A stretch of 64,000 nt of DNA from positions 17,936-81,935 of the forward strand of contig CACZZG010000002.1 in assembly GCA_902785645.1 (NCBI GenBank), written 5' to 3'. Below the pieces are notes generated by a model. It had not been told where the DNA came from. It saw nothing but the letters and a program-made list of their open reading frames with translations, and made no database searches. The position numbers were made by a program, and so were the translations under genes. The first letter of the stretch is position 1. Every line of letters begins with the position of its first letter. Shown here in pieces: positions 58,842 to 64,000 of this stretch. Source of the stretch: an uncultured Erysipelotrichaceae bacterium (lineage in GTDB: Bacteria; Bacillota_I; Bacilli_A; RFN20; CAG-826).

Positions 58842-61394
58842 ACACATATCGGTGTCCCAGTCCCAGAAGGTTTTACAATCACAACTGAAGCTTGCACACT
58901 CTATTATCAAAGTGGCAAAAAGATCCCCGAATTTGTTAGAGAACAAATTTTCAATGCTGTTAAAGGTATCGAAAAGAAAACTGGCAAAACATTTGGTGGC
59001 GATCATAATCCACTATTAGTTTCTGTCCGTTCAGGTGCTCGTGTGAGTATGCCTGGTATGATGGATACAATCTTAAACTTAGGTTTAAATGATGTTACTG
59101 CTGCTGCATTAGCAAGAGAAACAGGTAACGAAAGATTCGCAATGGACTCTTATCGTCGTTTCATTCTTATGTTTACAAACATCGCCAAAGGTCATCCAAG
59201 AGATGCAATGGATAAGATGCTTGATAAATTAAAAGAAGAAAACGGTTACAAACTCGATACAGAAGTTACAGTCGATCAATTAAAAGACTTAGTCAAGCGT
59301 TATAAAGCTTACTATAAAGAAACATTTGGTGAAGAATTCCCAACCGATCCAAAAGTACAATTAATGGAAGCTGTCGCAGCCGTCTTTAGAAGCTGGGACA
59401 ACCCACGTGCTAACGTTTATCGTATGCAATATTCCATTCCTTATGAATGGGGTACCGCAGTTAACGTTCAATCCATGGCCTTCGGTAACAAGGGCGAAAC
59501 ATCTGGTACAGGTGTTGCCTTCTCCCGTAACGCTGCTACAGGTGAAAAAGTCATCTCCGCAGAATACTTACCAAATGCTCAAGGTGAAGACGTCGTCGCA
59601 GGTATTCGTACACCATTACACATTGATGAATTAAAGAAGAGAATGCCTGATGTTTATGACCAATTCGTCAAAACAATCAAAAACATGGAACTCCACTATC
59701 GCGATATGCAAGATATGGAATTCACAGTTGAAGAAGGAAAACTCTACTTCTTACAAACAAGAAGTGGTAAGAGAACACCAGCCGCTGCCTTAAAGATGGC
59801 TTGTGACATGGTTGATGAAGGCTTAATTACAAAAGAAGAAGCCGTCTTAAGAATCGACCCAGTCTCCTTCGACAAATTATTATTACCAAACTTTGACAAA
59901 GATGATTTAGCTGCTGCTCAATCACGTTTAATTGCCAAAGGCAATCCTGCTGGCCCAGGCGCTGGTACAGGTAAATTAGCCTTCACAGCAGAAGATGCTG
60001 AAAGAAGACATAAAGCTGGTGAAAAGGTTGTCTTAGTCCGTGCTGAAACATCCCCAGAAGACTTAATCGGTATGATCGCATCCGAAGGTATTCTTACCAT
60101 GCGTGGTGGTATGACAAGTCACGCCGCCGTCGTCGCTCGTGGTATGGGCAAATGCTGTATTACAGGTTGTGCCGCTGCCTTAATCGATGAAGAAAAACAA
60201 ACATTAACAATCGGCGGTAAAGTCTATGGTGTTGATGATGTCATCTCCTTAGATGGTTCCACAGGTTGTGTCTATGTTGGCGATATTAAGAAAGTCGCAC
60301 CAGACCTCTCTTCCGGTAACTTCGGTAGATTAATGGGCTGGGTTGATGAAGCTCGCCAATTAAAAGTTCGTGCAAATGCTGATACACCAAGAGATGCTCA
60401 CCAAGCCAAACTCTTTGGTGCACAAGGTATTGGTCTCTGCCGTACAGAACATATGTTCTTCGACAAGGATAAGATCTTCCACTTCAGAAAGATGATCTTA
60501 GCGGACACCGTTGAAGAAAGAAAAGCTGCTTTAGCAGAAATCGAACCATTACAACAAAAAGACTTTGAAGGTTTATTTGAAGAAATGGGCGAACTCAATG
60601 TTAACGTTCGTTTATTAGACCCACCACTACACGAATTCTTACCACAAGAAGAAGATAAGATTGAAGAATTAAGCAAGGCAACTGGCAAAACAGTTGAATA
60701 CATCCACAAGAGAATTGAAGAATTACATGAATTCAACCCAATGATGGGTCACCGTGGATGCCGTCTTGACGTCTCTTATCCAGAAATCGGTGAAATGCAA
60801 ACACGCGCTATTATTAAAGCAGCTATCGCTATTAATAAGAAATGCGGTCTCAACATTGAACCAGAAATCATGATTCCTCTTACCTTAGATTTAAGAGAAT
60901 TGAAATACGTCAAAGCTATCGTCTGTGCAACAGCTGATCAAGTCATCAAAGAAGCTGGCGTCAATCTCAAATACCATGTTGGTACAATGATTGAAATTCC
61001 TCGTGCAGCCTTATTATCTGACGAAATTGCTCAAGAAGCTGAATTCTTCTCCTTCGGCACCAACGACTTAACCCAAATGACATTTGGTTTCTCTCGTGAC
61101 GATGCTAGCAAATTCTTGCCAGACTATTACAAGAACAAGATCTTAGAAGAAGATCCATTCAAGACACTCGATCAACACGGTGTTGGCAAACTCATCAAGA
61201 TGTCAGTTGAAGATGGTCGTAGAACCAGACCAAACTTACACATTGGTGTTTGTGGTGAAACCGGTGGTGAACCAAACTCCATCGACTTCTATCATCAAGC
61301 TGGCTTGGATTATGTCTCCTGTTCACCATTCCGTGTTCCAGTGGCAAGATTAGCAGCTGCTCAAGCCGCAATCAGACATCCAAGAAAGAAATAG
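58839..61394 (+). CDS. ppdK: Pyruvate, phosphate dikinase, longest intact ORF; lacks the first 31 residues if translated from this internal ATG.
   Basis: 851 aa. PEP-utilising, phosphohistidine ([13 protein letters not shown]) and PEP/pyruvate-binding domains. Weak RBS before this ATG. Confidence 0.8.
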   Translation: [851 protein letters not shown]

Positions 61395-61409
61395 TTTCTT
61401 AGCTAACAA

Positions 61410-61440
61410 AATAGCCTCTAGTTTAACTAGGGGCTTTTTT
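61410..61440 (+). terminator. ppdK terminator.
   Basis: aGCCTCTAGTttaACTAGGGGCtttttt. Confidence 0.6.
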
Positions 61441-61446
61441 AATAAA

Positions 61447-61470
61447 AAGAAAAACGGCATAAGCCGTTAA
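61447..61470 (-). terminator. Terminator of the convergent nucleotidyltransferase operon.
   Basis: Minus strand reads AACGGCttatGCCGTTtttctttttatt. Confidence 0.55.
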
Positions 61471-61474
61471 TCTA

Positions 61475-62380
61475 TTAATATAATCCTGGTTTGTATAAAC
61501 CTTTGTCTGTTAATTCTTTTAAAGCTTTAACAACTGATGGTTTATCTTCACGATATGTGACACCGTACCAGACCGCTGGTGTTTCAATTAATTGAAGACT
61601 TGCTTGTCCTTCACCCACTAAACGGGAAACTTCGTCAGGAATTAAGAACTCACATTTTAAGTTTTCGATATTGTCCTTTAAGAAGATTGGGAATTGTTTT
61701 TGTAATTTCTCAATGATGTCTGGGGAGAACGCGAAGAGGTTCATGGACACTAATTGGTTTGGTTCACAGATGAATGGTTTTTCGTTTTCATCTAATGGTG
61801 TGGCTTGGATTATGTCTCTTTCATCTTTACAGACGCTAGATTCAATCATTTTTGTTAAGAAGTGATTGTCATCATAGAAGCAAACTCCGCGCTTTACAGA
61901 GCCGTGTTCGGCGAGTGTATTAGATACTTGGAAGGCGATGTTTGCGTATTTACCAACACTTTTATTGGATAAACTTCTTAAGTATTTAGCAGCGACTTCA
62001 TATGTTTCTTGTCCATAATAGTCATCGCCATTGATAATGATGAAGTTTTCTTTGATGAGATCTCTAGCCGCTAAGATAGCGTGTGCAGTACCCCATGGTT
62101 TAACTCTGCCTTCTGGACATTTGAATCCTTCTGGTAAATCATTTAAATCTTGGAATGCGTATTCAGTTTTAATTAATGGTTCGACACGTTTGCCAATTGT
62201 TTCTCTAAAGATTTCTAAATGTTCTCTTTTAATAATGAAGATGACACTATCGAAACCGGCTTTAATGGCATCATGAACAGAATAATCGAGGATGAAGTTT
62301 CCATAATCATCCATTGGTTCCATTTGTTTTAATCCGCCAAAGCGTGAACCCATACCGGCGGCAAGAATAACTAATTGCAT
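61475..62380 (-). CDS. Sugar-phosphate nucleotidyltransferase (NTP_transferase fold).
   Basis: 301 aa. LAAGMGSRFGG pyrophosphorylase loop. Confidence 0.7.
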   Translation of the reverse strand: MQLVILAAGMGSRFGGLKQMEPMDDYGNFILDYSVHDAIKAGFDSVIFIIKREHLEIFRETIGKRVEPLIKTEYAFQDLNDLPEGFKCPEGRVKPWGTAHAILAARDLIKENFIIINGDDYYGQETYEVAAKYLRSLSNKSVGKYANIAFQVSNTLAEHGSVKRGVCFYDDNHFLTKMIESSVCKDERDIIQATPLDENEKPFICEPNQLVSMNLFAFSPDIIEKLQKQFPIFLKDNIENLKCEFLIPDEVSRLVGEGQASLQLIETPAVWYGVTYREDKPSVVKALKELTDKGLYKPGLY

Positions 62381-62404
62381 GTTAATACCTCACTAGCATC
62401 GACT

Positions 62405-62944
62405 TTATTTAGTCGAGTTAATATATTTAAGCACAAGACTAATTGTCTTTGCATCTTTTATTTCATTATTTTTTATTTTTTCCAAAATTTCTTCTAAAGA
62501 AAAGTAGTACACATCAATAAATTCATCTGGATCCAAATGTCTTTGAACTGGAGTGACATTATTTGCTTTATAAAGATAAATAATCTCGTTTGTATAACCA
62601 CAAGATGGATAAATTTCGCCAAAGCTTGTTAATGATTCCGCTTTTAGACCAACTTCTTCTTCAAGTTCTCTTAAACCTGCTTGATATGAGTCTTCGCCTT
62701 TTTCAAGTTTGCCTGCGGGAAGTTCCCACACTTCCTCTTTATAGGCATATCTAAATTGTCTAATCATAGCAACCTTGCCTTGATAGAAAGCCAAAACACA
62801 AACACCACCATGATGATGAACGACTTCACGAGTCACTTTCATCCCATTTGGTGCTAAGACATCATCGTTATTTAAACGGAGTATTTTTCCATCATAAACA
62901 ACATTCTCTTTTATTGTTTTTTCTTCATTTTTCATAAAATTCAC
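62405..62944 (-). CDS. NUDIX hydrolase (ADP-ribose pyrophosphatase-like).
   Basis: 179 aa. Nudix box GKLEKGEDSYQAGLRELEEEVGL. Confidence 0.85.
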   Translation of the reverse strand: MNFMKNEEKTIKENVVYDGKILRLNNDDVLAPNGMKVTREVVHHHGGVCVLAFYQGKVAMIRQFRYAYKEEVWELPAGKLEKGEDSYQAGLRELEEEVGLKAESLTSFGEIYPSCGYTNEIIYLYKANNVTPVQRHLDPDEFIDVYYFSLEEILEKIKNNEIKDAKTISLVLKYINSTK

Positions 62945-62956
62945 TGCAAAATTGTG

Positions 62957-63214
62957 TTATTTTCTTAAATTGGCTATAGATTTATAGAAAACAAAGTTGT
63001 TATCAGGATCTATATAGCCAACCTCTAAATCATTGATGATAATTGAACCATCATCATCTACATATCCAAGTTCTTTTTGATCAAACGAAATAATCCCATC
63101 GTCAGTAATGGACGCAAATTTTCGACCAGAAATAATAAGTTCATTGTCTTTGATATAGCCAACAAGCTTATCGTCTATAAATATGTTCTTGCCAAAGGAA
63201 TCAATAATTAACAT
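62957..63214 (-). CDS. Hypothetical 85-aa protein with three internal (V/L)GYI.D..g.I repeats.
   Basis: ORF tightly packed between glmU and the NUDIX gene. Repeats LVGYIKDNELII, ELGYVDDDGSII, EVGYIDPDNNFV. Confidence 0.4.
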   Translation of the reverse strand: MLIIDSFGKNIFIDDKLVGYIKDNELIISGRKFASITDDGIISFDQKELGYVDDDGSIIINDLEVGYIDPDNNFVFYKSIANLRK

Positions 63215-63215
63215 T

Positions 63216-64000
63216 TTATTTCTTCACAAAAGGTCCAACAACTTCATTGTCTTTAAGTGTTGTATCAGAAACAAATGCACCTTTAACAACTACGTTGTTA
63301 CCTGTTTTAACATTTTCTAAAACAGCATTAGGTCCAATAATGTTTGCGTTACCTAAAACTGACTTACCCATAATGGTTGTGTTTGGATAAATAACTGTAT
63401 CTTTTCCGATTTTGACATTAGGTGAGATGTATGTGGATTCAGGGTCTTCCATCGATACACCATCTAGCATTAATTTTTGATTTATTTTTCTTCTCATGAC
63501 CTTTGCGGCATATGCTAATTGGGTGCGGTCATTAATACCAAAAACTTCCACCATGTTTTCTGCGACATAAGAACCGATTTGCAAATTATCTTGGTTCATT
63601 AATTCTACTAATTGGGATAAATAATAGAGTTTTCTGGCGTTTTTGTTATCCATTTTCTCTAAATACTTAAATAAAACCTTATTATCAAAGACACAGATTC
63701 CTGTATTAACTTCATCAAGATCGAGTTCATATTCAGAACAATCTGTTTCTTCTCTGATGGCTAATAATTTATGACTCTTTTCTTCTCTAATTAAACGACC
63801 ATAACCATGAGGGTTGGAAAGAATCGCAGAAACTACAGTCAATGAATTGTGTTCCTTTTCATGAATACGAAGGATTGATGTAATGGTTTCTGTAGACACA
63901 AGTGGAGTATCTCCATAAATGATTAATGTTTCACCATCTAAGTCTTTCAATATCTCTTTAGCTTGTAAAACAGCGTGACCAGTTCCTAAGATTTCATGTT
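63216..64000 (-). CDS. glmU: Bifunctional GlmU (UDP-GlcNAc pyrophosphorylase/GlcN-1-P acetyltransferase), C-terminal about 260 aa; the gene continues past the window end.
   Basis: Frame open to position 64000 (..HEILGTGHAVLQAKEILKDLDG..). Left-handed beta-helix hexapeptide repeats at the C-terminus. Confidence 0.85.
   Translation of the reverse strand, partial: HEILGTGHAVLQAKEILKDLDGETLIIYGDTPLVSTETITSILRIHEKEHNSLTVVSAILSNPHGYGRLIREEKSHKLLAIREETDCSEYELDLDEVNTGICVFDNKVLFKYLEKMDNKNARKLYYLSQLVELMNQDNLQIGSYVAENMVEVFGINDRTQLAYAAKVMRRKINQKLMLDGVSMEDPESTYISPNVKIGKDTVIYPNTTIMGKSVLGNANIIGPNAVLENVKTGNNVVVKGAFVSDTTLKDNEVVGPFVKK

Larger units (their letters stand above)
58691..61394 (+). pseudogene. ppdK: Pyruvate, phosphate dikinase gene disrupted near codon 32 by the 55-bp duplication; the authentic start (AGGAGG RBS) now runs into a premature stop at 58817..58819.
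   Basis: From ATG 58691: MAEQKRYVYPFDEAYGLGKELLGGKGAGLAEM, then frameshift LWLRQRTLRW*. Deleting one 55-bp copy restores ...[25 protein letters not shown], the canonical PPDK N-terminus. Confidence 0.6.

Overview
This is a 64-kb stretch of a low-GC chromosome of Gram-positive (Bacillota) type. It uses the standard genetic code, has many short gene overlaps, and about 90% is coding. Housekeeping blocks present: the glnA-glmS-pyrG operon; a compact secA-prfB-yitT-uvrB block; comFA-comFC; prfA-prmC-rpiB; the dnaX-ybaB-recR-tmk-holB-yaaT(ricT)-rsmI replication operon; typA; a pyruvate phosphate dikinase (ppdK) gene; and glmU at the window end. Accessory or unusual parts: an operon of three secreted GLUG/beta-helix repeat surface proteins with a divergent AraC-family regulator; a YdjI-like SPFH protein paired with a double zinc-ribbon membrane protein; a heterodimeric ABC exporter; a Phd antitoxin next to a ParE-like toxin fused to a GNAT acetyltransferase, bracketed by two short repeat families beside a FloT-like flotillin and a solitary tRNA-Ala(CGC); a Y-family DNA polymerase coupled to a YolD-like gene; a FGGY-kinase/ATP-grasp/47-aa arginine-rich peptide operon; and a perfect 55-bp tandem duplication that frameshifts ppdK. 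prfB carries the classic programmed +1 frameshift site. No rRNA, CRISPR array, transposase or integrase was seen. CDS coordinates come from the ORF track, with starts refined where an RBS or homology argued for it. Coordinates of non-ORF features were counted by hand and may be off by about 3 nt.
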